This document shows, in pieces, positions 23,295-34,244 of a DNA stretch of 64,000 nucleotides; positions within the stretch are counted from its first letter, which is position 1; every line of letters starts with the position of its first letter. Source of the stretch: Octopus vulgaris (taxonomy: Eukaryota); the NCBI GenBank assembly GCA_951406725.2, contig OX597827.1, forward strand, positions 53,134,001 through 53,198,000. Direction: 5' to 3'. Under the pieces are notes generated by a model. That model saw only the letters and a program-made list of their open reading frames with translations. It ran no database searches and was not told where the DNA came from. The position numbers and the translations under genes were made by a program.

Positions 23295-26200
23295 CTAGCA
23301 GAGATACCCAGCGTTGCTCGGGTGTGAACGCTTTGTTATTCTAAGAACACTTATTTTCTAGTCTAACGACCAGCGCTGCCGAAGCTTTGAAAAAGCGTAC
23401 ATAATTCCAGGACAAAACTCACCAAAAAATCATAAAAACCTACAAAATATGTATGAAATATGTCACAGCCACAGAAATAGAGAAAAATACCGGTTTTTCT
23501 TAGAAAAATTGAAATATATGGGTATGTAATGAATTGAAATTGATGAAAATACATATGAGAAAGGAAGAATATTGAAATTAAAAATCTCTGAAACGTACGA
23601 TGCAGTCAATTTTTCGGTAAGGACATAAAAACTGTAGAAACTTACCGACTTTGGCAGCGCTGTTAACGATTCCTCCAGGTGAAGTCCCGTTTACCCTTGC
23701 GATTTGTTGCTGGACATCGCAAAACTCACACGAACAAGACATTGCAACCACCCGGAAGTGAAGGGAATTTCCTTGGTATGAAGACGTCATCTTCCTTTCC
23801 ATCCCCATGTACTTCGACCACAAAGAACTGGGATCTCATAACATGCATGTTTGCAATATTACAGCAAAGAATGTCCTGAGACTTTTGGGTGACTTTGATG
23901 CAGCGGCCTCTGCCAGCGTTGCATGACACCGTGCCTCACCTTCTAGCAAACCGTGCTTGAAGTAACCTCCAGGTTGTTATCAAAGGTTTTCAGGTCATGG
24001 AAACATGTTGATCCTCTGACTTCGTGCAGTAAAAGACTGAAGCAGAAGTTCTCCTGTTAACTGTGATGGACCGTGTGAACTCTCCCAAAGCTGGGACTTT
24101 GATGCAGCGGCATCTGCCAGCGTTGCATCCCACTGTACTACATCTTCTAGCAACCTGTACTTGAAAAAGGCCTTCCGCTATGTTCCACATACCTATTCAT
24201 CAAAGGTTTGCGGATCTTGGAAACACACCTGTTCACCGGGACGGACTGTGTAAACTCTGCCAAGGCAATTGCCAGGATGTCCATCAACATTTCTTCTAAG
24301 CCACTTCTTTTTAACATTTATACAAATTGTGAACTTATAGAACTAAGTAGTCTGAAAGATGCGTTGAAGTAGGTACATAGAAAGCCTACAGAACCTCTCT
24401 GTAGACAATATTGTTTGTTTAATCTTGCGAGGCAAATGCGAATAGATTGTTTTTGTTCCCCACTCTGGAGCAGCCAACATACAATTGCCCGTGTGAAAAA
24501 CACGACAACTCCAGGTGAAGTCCTGCCACTGAGAGTGTTTGCCCCTGCGATTTGTTGATCGACATTGCAAAACTTACACGGACAGGAAATTGCAACCGCT
24601 TGAAAGTAAAGGAATTTCAGCTCCCGAGGGAATAATGGGAATCCTTGGTATGAAAACGTCCTCTCTCTGTCCACATCCGGACAGAATGGTCACCTCAAAA
24701 ACTCGTGGCGTCATCTTCCTCACCACCAGTCTTGTCCTACTGCACAGTCTGGAAGAATCCAAATTCCTCGGCAACATTATCGGAGTGCCCACTTTCAGTC
24801 CCAGTCTGTGGAGAGGGAGACCAGGAGGTTCCGATGAATTGAGGAATTCTGTGGGATAATGAATTACCTCATCGGGATTTGGTGTTGTATCAACTTATTT
24901 GAAGATTTGTGGAGTTGCAGGCAGGCACTGCAGCAGTTGCTCATTGATATTATTGACAACGTTGGTTTTTGGATCAAGTATTGCCCTTTCGCACAACCAA
25001 GTGAGATTTTTGTAATTTTCCCTCAGATTGGGAAGCACAACGGATTTAAGAGCATCAACGGTACTAACAATGGTGCAAACTGAGCTGAGTAAAATTTCTC
25101 CACATGTATCCAGAGGCATTTAGCCTTCGCTAAGGGTCAAAATGTCTTCATCAAATTTTGCCGACAGTTGGTCACCGTACATTTGAGCTCTCATGTTAGT
25201 GTTAAGACGCAATGTTGTGATTTGGTGCCATAATGGAGAGGACTTAAGACACACTAGGAATTCATCTGCCCTGGTTCCTTTAAGAATTACTGGAAGAATT
25301 TGCCTGAAATATCCAGACAGTAAAAAAGTGACACCCCACCATGAAATCTTAACAGTCCCTGATGTTTTTAGTGTTCGACCAAAAACTTCAAGACCTTCTT
25401 TGTGTGTCATGGTGCATTCACCCCATACAATGAGCTGACACTTTCTCAGTACTTTTGCTTTTTTCTGAGCTCTTACTGATGTGACAAGTAGGTGTGTCAG
25501 ATCTTGTCATTGAAAAGACGCTTAAATGTAGAGTGTGCTGTTCTGCCACCAGGCAGTAAAGTTGTCGCAACCCCAGAGGATGCCACAGCTAACGCAATGC
25601 CCTTGTGCTGTCTAACTTTTTCGGTAAGGACAAAAGAGTCCAGAAGCTGGCTACCCGCATGGTTCTTGGTCTCAAGCATTTGTCTTATGAAGAAAGGCTG
25701 AAGACGCTTGACCTTTATTCTCTAGAAAAACGACGACGCTGTGGTGATCTCATTCTTGCTCACAACATCATAAGCGGAAAGTGTAACCTCTCGAAAGAGC
25801 TGTTCTTCACTCCTGATCCAGAGTGTCGGCTGCGGGGTCACTCTGAAAAGCTCTATCTGCGACGATTTCATCTCAATCGGAGAGGGGCTTTCTCCGTCCG
25901 GGTTGCGGATCCGTGGAATAAGCTGCCGGACGAGATAGTGAAGATGCCAACGACCGCTCGGTTCAAAGTCTCCCTTGACCAGAAATGGCCTGAACTCTTT
26001 GCATGAACACCACCCTGTACATAACTCCATGTCCCCCTACATGGCCTTGCTTTTTGCTTTTTGAGCCCCAAAATTAACTTAACTTAACTTAACTTAACTT
26101 AACTTTGGCTAGAAAAAACTTTGTTACATATATTTTCCCTCTTACCCCTGGAGCATCCAGGAAAAATGTGCCTTCTCTCCCGTAGAGAACAATCAATAAT

Positions 26201-26747
26201 AATACGGTAAGCGTGTTGCTGGTCAGGAAGCAATTTAGGCTCTCTTTCGATGACATATCTAGTGAGAGTCTGAATGTCGTAGGGCGTTTCTTGAAGAATG
26301 CATGTGGGAAGAGAATTCGATGCTTCTCGTAATGTTTTGGGCAAGGCATATGTGGGAAGCGTATTCTGCTGCGGCTGTTTTGCGACCAGTACGGGCTCTT
26401 TTCTTAGATGGCATTGCCTCAGAGTTTAGAAGCTTCAATTGCAAAATGCAGATATGGCAAAAACTTTAAAATAAAGAAAATAATGTTGTTGGGGGGAACG
26501 CACAGATAGTGTAAATACAATGAAGTCAATTTTCAGGCAGATGTGATGAAACTGAATTTAAGCTGAAGTCAATGTTTAGGCAGATGTAGCAAAACTGAAT
26601 TTAGACACACTGGATGAATAACAATGAGAAATAACTAAGTTATTTTTGAGTCAGAATGTACAAAAACAGTAACGACATAGGTTTTAACGCAAAACTATTT
26701 GAAATATACGGAAACTAATTTGTAGACAGAAGTTATTGTGTGCCAGT

Positions 26748-26806
<59 letters not shown>

Positions 26807-27017
26807 AGAGAGAAAGAGAGAGAAAAGGGGAGAGATTCGGATGGAATTTGTAGAAGTCAAAGGGAGAGAGTCGCTTGAAAATTGAATTTGTTAGAGAAAA
26901 ACCAATGTGAAATACCCTTTTACCCTGTTTCTCGCTTTACGTTATAATGCATGACCATCCTTGGCACATAAGTAAGGTATGTGTAACGTTTGGTGAAAAT
27001 CGGTTGAAATGCACACG

Positions 27018-27067
<50 letters not shown>

Positions 27068-27098
27068 ATCCTTTGTTTATATATATATATATATATGA
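23295..27098 (-). mobile_element. Helitron with degraded PIF1-like helicase
   Basis: Minus strand starts A|TC at 27098 and ends with hairpin CCCGAGCAACGCTGGG plus CTAG|T at 23295. Helicase motifs: FFLDAPG..GK, ALAVASSGVATTLLPGGRTAHSTFK, RQILPV, LNTNMR, WLCERAIL, IMLPRNL, DVFIPRI. Confidence 0.88.
25620..26099 (+). mobile_element. 5'-truncated CR1/L2-group LINE inserted in the Helitron helicase
   Basis: RVQKLATRMV..LSYEERLKTLDLYSLEKRR..GDLI..FSVRV..WNKLP, with an (AACTT)n tail. TSD TAACTTT at 25613-19 and 26100-06. Removing it restores helicase sequence FLAKVRQHKG. Confidence 0.9.
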
Positions 27099-27189
27099 TA
27101 TGGTGTACAATAGCCGATTTTGAACTTTTGAGGGAGATTATAAACAGTAGTAGGTTGGTAATGTGTGAAAAAAGAAAAAAACGTTCGTT

Positions 27190-27365
27190 ATCTTTTTACT
27201 CGTTTCAGTAACTGGACTGCGGTCATGAAAGGTTTAGTGGAACAAATCGACCCCAATACTTGTTTTTCAAGTCTGGTACTCATTCTATTGATCTTTTTTG
27301 CCGAATCACTAAGTTACAGTGACATTAAAAACCAACGCCGATCATCAAACGGTGTGGGAGACAAT
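27190..27365 (-). mobile_element. SINE family A, degenerate 3' portion
   Basis: TTTTTACTCGTTTCAGTAACTGGACTGCGGTCATG..AAATCGACCCC..TTTTGCCGAA matches the family A tail. Confidence 0.6.
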
Positions 27366-27611
27366 CATATGATTAACAGATTCTACTCAAGCTCAGCAAA
27401 AGCCATTAGTAGTATCTCCCGAGGCCCACTGTGTCGGGCCCAAGAAACAAAATATAACAAAACAGACAAAAAAAGTACTTCAAAAGCCACACTTTCTTCA
27501 TAACTGCAGGAACGAAATTTGTTTAGAGTGTGCAAACTCAGGTCCGAATTCTTTTTACAAAAAGGGCGATTTGTTTCAATCTTAATATCAAAATATACAC
27601 AGGTAAAATAA

Positions 27612-27826
27612 TGGTTTCAAATTTTGGCGCAAGGCCAGCAGTTTCAGGGGAGGGAGTTCATCGATTACATCAACTTCAGTGATAGACTACTACTGATTTT
27701 ATCTACCCCCTAAAAGATGAAGGGCAACGTTAACTTCGACGGGATTTAAACCCAGAACGTGAAGACGGACAAAATGCCGCTAAGTATTTTGCCGGCGTGC
27801 TAGCGCTTCTGCCAGCTCACCGCCTT
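27612..27826 (-). mobile_element. SINE family B (alternative tail)
   Basis: Head GGCGGTGAGCTGGCAGAA, degenerate B box and central block, tail CTGGCCTTGCGCCAAAATTTGAAACC. Confidence 0.75.
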
Positions 27827-27859
<33 letters not shown>

Positions 27860-27870
27860 AATAAAAAAAA

Positions 27871-29700
27871 TAGTTTCTTTGTCAGCCACAAGGGCCGAAC
27901 ACAAAACAAATAGGGACAGCACAAAACTGGGGACACGTGTAGTTTAACACAAAAATCGAGTAAACAATAAAGTAAAAATGATAAGTAACAATACAATTAA
28001 ACAATAAAATTCCCCAAAAGGGGGAAGTTCTTCACAAGGACAGCCGAGGAACCCCACACATTCTGGTTATCCCGACCGTTAGATGCACCTCCGTAGGCGC
28101 TTCTCTCCTCAACTCCCCCGATTTACAAACGAAAGCTCATAGTAGGCCCATTCATACGGGACATCCTCGCCACGCGCACCCACCTTTCAACAAATTTACT
28201 GGGTGGCAGGGAAGAACTTCCCTTACTAATCTCACATTCCTTTTCAAGTGGAACTTGAAAAGGTCAATTACGGCTAGGCCGAAGAGGAAAGTGTTTGTCT
28301 TTAATCCTTTCAGTCTCGTCCACCACACTACCTCCTTCGCCATAGCCACCAAACAGACGACAATTGCTTTTCCTTCTCGGCCAAAGGAAGGCGGCGGGGC
28401 TATCTTTACGATGGACTTGGTAGATAACCGGGTCCATCCTACACGTGACAAAAGCTATTCGACAGAGCTCCAAACTGCGCGGACACTGGACGAGTGCGTG
28501 CAGGACGATTTCGTCGCCTTGCACACCTAACCCTATCCCTAACCCTAACCCTAATCCTGACAGCACTTCCGTGTTTGTAGAGCCTGTCTCGAACCGGCAG
28601 AGCTCCCCGGTAGCGCTGCCAGGCCTGAGATTTCTGGAAGTTATCGATAGGCCACGGCCCAAAAGTCCTCCGGAAAAGACTAGTTAATTGATCCTTCCCG
28701 ACACCCAGAGTTTCCCCGAGGACATCGTTGCTCTTGCCCGCCACTAATTCCCTATAGAACTCAGTAATGGAACTTCCACTGACCGCATTGCCTGACTAGC
28801 AGAAGGTCATGAGCGCTTGCCGAGACTCTAGGTGCCAAGCGCCCTTTCTTGGCCTAAGCTTGATCCAGGCCTAAGCTTGATCCAGGTGACCACACCTGTT
28901 CACCGTTAAGGAGGTTCTGGAGATATTGCAGCCTCAGCGCGTGTCTGTGCATCATTAGCCATGGCATGTCCAGTCCTTCACTCAACAGCTGCTGACAGCA
29001 GATGGACCGTCTGAAGAGTGGGACACGTCCCCTCCACAGAAAGCGGAAGTCCAAGTGCTCCAGTTTGGTCAGCCATGAAGCAAGGCAAGGGACGACGGTC
29101 AGACGGTATTAGATGACGGAATAGCTTTTGTGAATAGCTTCTAGTTGAATGTGGAGAAGTACCTCCACACTAGTCCCAGACCAATTTTCATGTCGTGGCC
29201 TTTTGACATCCAGGAGGCCGTTGCTCCCTTCCAAAACGATCGCTACAAGAATTCCCCATAAGTTTACCTCTGGTAGTATCCCAGCTATCTTTATGCGCAC
29301 CATACTCCTTCCTAAATAGGGTGGATGAAGCACATATTTTTCACTCCGACAGGGAACCACGGACTGTTTGGCCGCCAGAGCTTCAGGTTTAAAGAGCCCT
29401 AAAATACCCGCAAACTGTTCAGCCCTCGAAATATGAAGAATGTCGGGCATTATTTATTTCAGTACTCTTTCCACGTCCGCCCGGCTCGCCGTCTCTGGCC
29501 GCTTCGTGTTTACGGAGACGCAACTCTATAATACAATTATCTTCTTTTTGTTTCTGGCAATATTGATCCATACAAAAATACTCTTTGCTTGTTGCTGCTG
29601 TCTCTGTGAAAGAAGTAGTCTGGTTCATGTTGTCACTTATTGCGATGCTACTCGTTGTAGTGGTGGCAGCGGCGGTGGAGTTGGTGTTGTCGGGAGACTG
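27871..29700 (-). mobile_element. Internally deleted L1/Tx1-like LINE (ORF1 piece joined to post-RT ORF2 and 3' UTR)
   Basis: ORF1-like 29109-29450 runs into RLTVVPC..FRFLWRG..GLDMP, then zf-RVT-like WQRYRGALPVRDRL..DEIVLHALVQCP and LVAMAKEVVWWTR. The 5' boundary is approximate. Confidence 0.8.
28526..28560 (-). repeat. Short interstitial telomeric tract (TTAGGG)n
   Basis: CCTAA CCCTAT CCCTAA CCCTAA CCCTAA TCCTGA inside the Tx1-like zinc-finger coding region. Confidence 0.75.
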
Positions 29701-30029
29701 TCACTAGCGGTGATGGTGGCTGAGTTGTCTGTATTCTTGATAATGCTGCTATGAGCTGTCTTTTGAGTTGGCGTATTTCACTGAATTGGGGGGGGGGATT
29801 CAGCTTCGTAGTTTATGATGTAGCTAAAGATGTTAGTATTACTATGTTTTGAAGTGTCTGCAATTTCGTGTGCGAGAATTTGAATCTGCTGTGTGCTACC
29901 AGATACAGAGGAAAACAGGGAATTCTAGAGAGGTAATTGGGACCAACCTGTAGAGCATAATGATTAAGCTGAGTGACAGCATGAAATCCAAGATAAGTTA
30001 AGAAATATAGAAGGCCAAAAAGACAAAGA

Positions 30030-31262
30030 TGACTACAGAAAGCATTTTAAAAAATGCCCAAATTGGAAGAGCCCAGGACCGGACGGGGTCCAAGATTATT
30101 GGGTGAAGAAGGTGAGAGGACTCTACGAAAGGATAGCTCAACAGCTAGATGAGTGCTTGCAGAAAGGCGCAGTACCCAGCTGAATGACAAAGGGGAGGAC
30201 ATTATTATGTGCCAAGGATCCGGAAAAGGGAAATGTTGCATCCGACTTTAGACCTATAACGTGCCCTCCGCTAATGTGGAAACTAATGCCAGGTGCGTTG
30301 GTTGGTGAACTGTATAGATACTTGGAAAACAGTTGGTTTGCTACCCATTGAACAAAAATGGTGCCGAATGGAGCCGGGGAACGAAGGATCAGCTCTTAAA
30401 CGATAATCTATCAGGGACTGCAAGAGAAAACACACAAACCTGAGCATGGCATGGGTTGACTATCTTAAAGTATAAGATATGATACCACACTCCTGGATAA
30501 TAAAACAATAGAAATGTATGGAGTAGCAGAAAATATGAGAAGAGTTATATGGAATACCATGTAATGCTGAGGAACGGAACTGACAGCAGGGAATCAAGGG
30601 GAGGTGAAAATCAAGAGAGGTATCTTCCAGGGGGAGATGGTATGTCCCCACTGATCTTCGTGCTGGGAATGTTCCTCTTGAGTGAAATACTACAGAAAAG
30701 TTGGGGTATGATTTGGGAAGAGGTAAGGGAAAACTGAACCCCTTGCTATTCATGGACGACCAGAAGCCATTCACAAAAAATGAAGTAGAGCTGGACAGCA
30801 CAGTCCAGTCTGAGAATTTTCTCCAATGATATTAAGGTGGAGTTTGGACTCTCAAAAATGTGCTGCGATGCTGATGAGACGAGGAAAGCTTTTCAGAACA
30901 GAAAGCATGAAGTTGCCAAGTGGTGAAATGATGAAGGCAATTCAACCTCAATCCAGCTATAAATACCTGGGAATACTTGAGGCAGATGAAATCGAACACA
31001 ATGACATGTAAGAAAAGCACCTGCGGCGAGTGAAAAAAATATTGGCTTCAAAGCTAAATATAATTTATTACCAGAAATTTCGGCAGTAAACTCGTGCGCA
31101 GTCGAAGTAGTTTGGTATGGCACTGGAATCCTAGAGTGGACAGAGGAGGAGCTAAAGAAGTTGGACAGACAGTCCAAAAAGCTTCTATCGATGCACGGAA
31201 CCCAGCTTCCACGTGCAGACACTGATGGACACGTGAATGATGAAAAACCAGTGATAAAGAGA
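30030..31262 (+). mobile_element. Degraded R4/Dong-type RT relic
   Basis: NWKSPGPDGVQDYW, FRPITC, NLSMAWVDY, GIFQG, LFMDD and YKYLGILEAD, with many disruptions. Ends at (AAT)n 31263-31336. Confidence 0.8.
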
Positions 31263-31339
<77 letters not shown>

Positions 31340-32531
31340 TGGTGATGGTGTCACAATAAAAACACTGTTAATTGCGCAACCTGATAATCACTACCTCAAA
31401 TAAGTGACAATGAAAAAACAAAATATTGTAAATAATGGTGGTAATGAAACTGAAGCCAATGATGGTGACAGTATTATGCCCGGTAGGCTCGGAGATTCTG
31501 GTCCGGCTCCAGCCTGTCGATACCCAGAAAGGGACCACCACACAAGGCGTAGATGGAGCAAGCAAATTACTGCTGTGGTCATGGGGTGTTACTACATGAG
31601 CAGCCCGGTAGATGAAAATGGTGCTCAAATTAGGAGTTACCGACAACGTATATATGCTCATTGGAGAGAAAAGGGGTTGTTTCAACTCACGGAACAGAGA
31701 CTATGTGATCAAGCTAGAGCAATAAGAAAAATCGTTGGTTCACAGAAGTAGAGGTCGAAGCTATCAAAAGACGGGTCATGGACAATAGCAGCATAGATAA
31801 GAATGAAAATACAGTTCTTACTAATAAGAGTAACGCCATAGCACTGGGAAGGAGCAATGGTAATTTACTTGATGAGAGACATATAGAAGACAATAAAACT
31901 AATGGAGACATGACAGATGAACAAAAGGCAATCTACGACAGTATATTGGCAAAACAACAGGAAAGACGACAGCGACATTATTTGCAATCTTAAAAAGGTT
32001 GATCGATGGAAATTTAACCAAGAAACGAAAAATGTCAATGAAATTCTGAAATACATCAGAAGAAACAACATCACACAAACAAATAATTTGATCAAAGCAG
32101 CAAGTACTGTAGCACAAAACGTGGGTATTAATGTCAAGAAAGAGAAACATAATGGGAGTGACAAAAGAAAAGATCCATGGTGGAAAAGAAGAAAAGAAAG
32201 GGCCTGAATGTAGTAGTGGAGGAACTGAAACAGCGCCTCGTTGCAAAGAAAGCGAAGACGGTAAGATACGACCAAAGAATGAAGGGTTACCAGCAGAATA
32301 GGTTATTCAGAATAGATCAGAAGAGGTTCTATAAAGAAATAAATGGAGAGTGTACCGATGAAAAGTTGATACCAGATAACATTGAAAGTCAAAGGTTTTG
32401 GAGTGACATCAGGAGCAAAGACAAGGAGCACAAGAAGGATGCTGAATGGTTGCAAGAACTGAAACAAACAGTAGTTTGTCCGAAACAGGCAGAACTAGTC
32501 ATTTCAGTTAGGGAAGAGGAGGAAATCAGCA

Positions 32532-32563
<32 letters not shown>

Positions 32564-34240
32564 AATGAGCAACTGGAAAGCCCTGGGACCAGATGGAGTT
32601 CAAGGTTACTGGATCAAAAGATTTGGTGAATGTCATGCACGAATAGTTGCACAACTCAACACCTTGTTAGAGGCCCACCAAGTAACACCAGGGTGGTTGA
32701 CATTGGGTAGGACAGTGCTGTGCCTGAAAAATATCGAAAAAGGCAATACAGTAGACAATTACAGGCTGATATCCTGTTTGTCACTTATGATTCAATGTAC
32801 GAACATCTAGAAAAAACTGGAGTCCTGCCACATGAGCAGAAGGGTTGCAAGCGTAAGTGCAGAGGTACCAAGGATCAACTCCTGATAGACAAAACTGTAC
32901 TTAGAGACTGCCAGAGGAGGAAAAGTAACATGGATCGACTATCGTAAGGCGTACGATATGAAACCACATTCTTGGATTATGGAGTGTATGAACCTATTTG
33001 GTATTGCATCGAATGCTGAGCGAAGAAGTTTAGGGGCAGTAGAAATTATGAGGGGCATCTTCCAAGGGAACTGCCTGTCCCCACTGATCTTTGTACTGTG
33101 CTTGATACCAAGAACACTGGTTCTAACACAGATAACAGTAACACTGAGCAAAAGCTGGGTATATATTCAAAAGCCGCCCGCAAAAAGCCAACCATTTGTT
33201 ATTTATGGATGACCTAAAACTTTATGGTAAAGATGAAGCCCTAGTCAGTTCCCTCGTTGATACGGTGCATACCTTCAGTGCTGATATCAGAATGGAGTTC
33301 AAACTGAGAAAGTGTGATGTGTTAGTCTTGAAGAGAGGCAAAATCAAATGTATGGACGGGCTAACAATACCGTCGGGAGAGGTTATGAAGCAGATAGAAG
33401 AGCACTTGGGGATTTTGGAAATGGATAAATTGATGGAGAAAGAAATGACAGAATAATTTAAGATGGAGTACTTACGTAGACTAAGACTGATCCTTAAGTC
33501 GAAATTAAACGGACGGAATAAGATCGAAGCTATCAACACTTGGGCAGTTTCACTCCTTAGATATGAAGCAGGGGTAATCGCATGGACAGTAGACGAACTA
33601 AACAGATTAGACAGAAAGACAAGGAAGTTGCTAACTAGATATGGGTCACTCCACCCAAAAAGTGACACAGACAGAAAAAGAAAAAGAGGACTTATTGGAT
33701 GCGAACACAGCATTATAGCAGAAGAAAACAACATAGCATGGTATGGAAAAATGCCACAGAACCGCTATTGTTAGAAGTAGGGATGTCAGGCTTGTGTAGG
33801 ATGAAAGATTGCAAAGATAAAGCACTATACAATAAATTGAAAACTAATGAAACTGAAAATATGCAGGTAAAGAAAAGAATGCATGGTCAATTTTAGAGGG
33901 ATGTTGAAGATAAAGACAAACTGAGGAAAAGATGGCTGTGGATGGCTAAAAGTGATTTTAAACCGGAAACAGAGGCTCTAATCTGTGCTTCCCAAGAGCG
34001 AGTACTAAGAACAAACTACATAAAATACAGAATAGACAACACACCAGAAAGTGATAAGTGCAGAATCTGTAGACAAAAAGGTGAAAGCAAATGGCATTTT
34101 ACCAGCCAATGTACGCCACTAGCCCAGAAGGAATATCAGAGATGCCACGACAATATAGCATGGCTTGTCCATTGGACACTCTGCAACAAGTATGGACGTG
34201 AGAGAGCAAAAAATTGGTACGACCGCAGACCTGAAAAAAT
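31340..34240 (+). mobile_element. Degraded long R4/Dong-type LINE
   Basis: N-terminal RRRWSK..CYY..TEQRLCDQARAIRK, then [53 protein letters not shown] and CRIC..HFTSQC. Begins after (AAT)n and is 3'-truncated. Confidence 0.85.
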
Positions 34241-34244
34241 TTAT

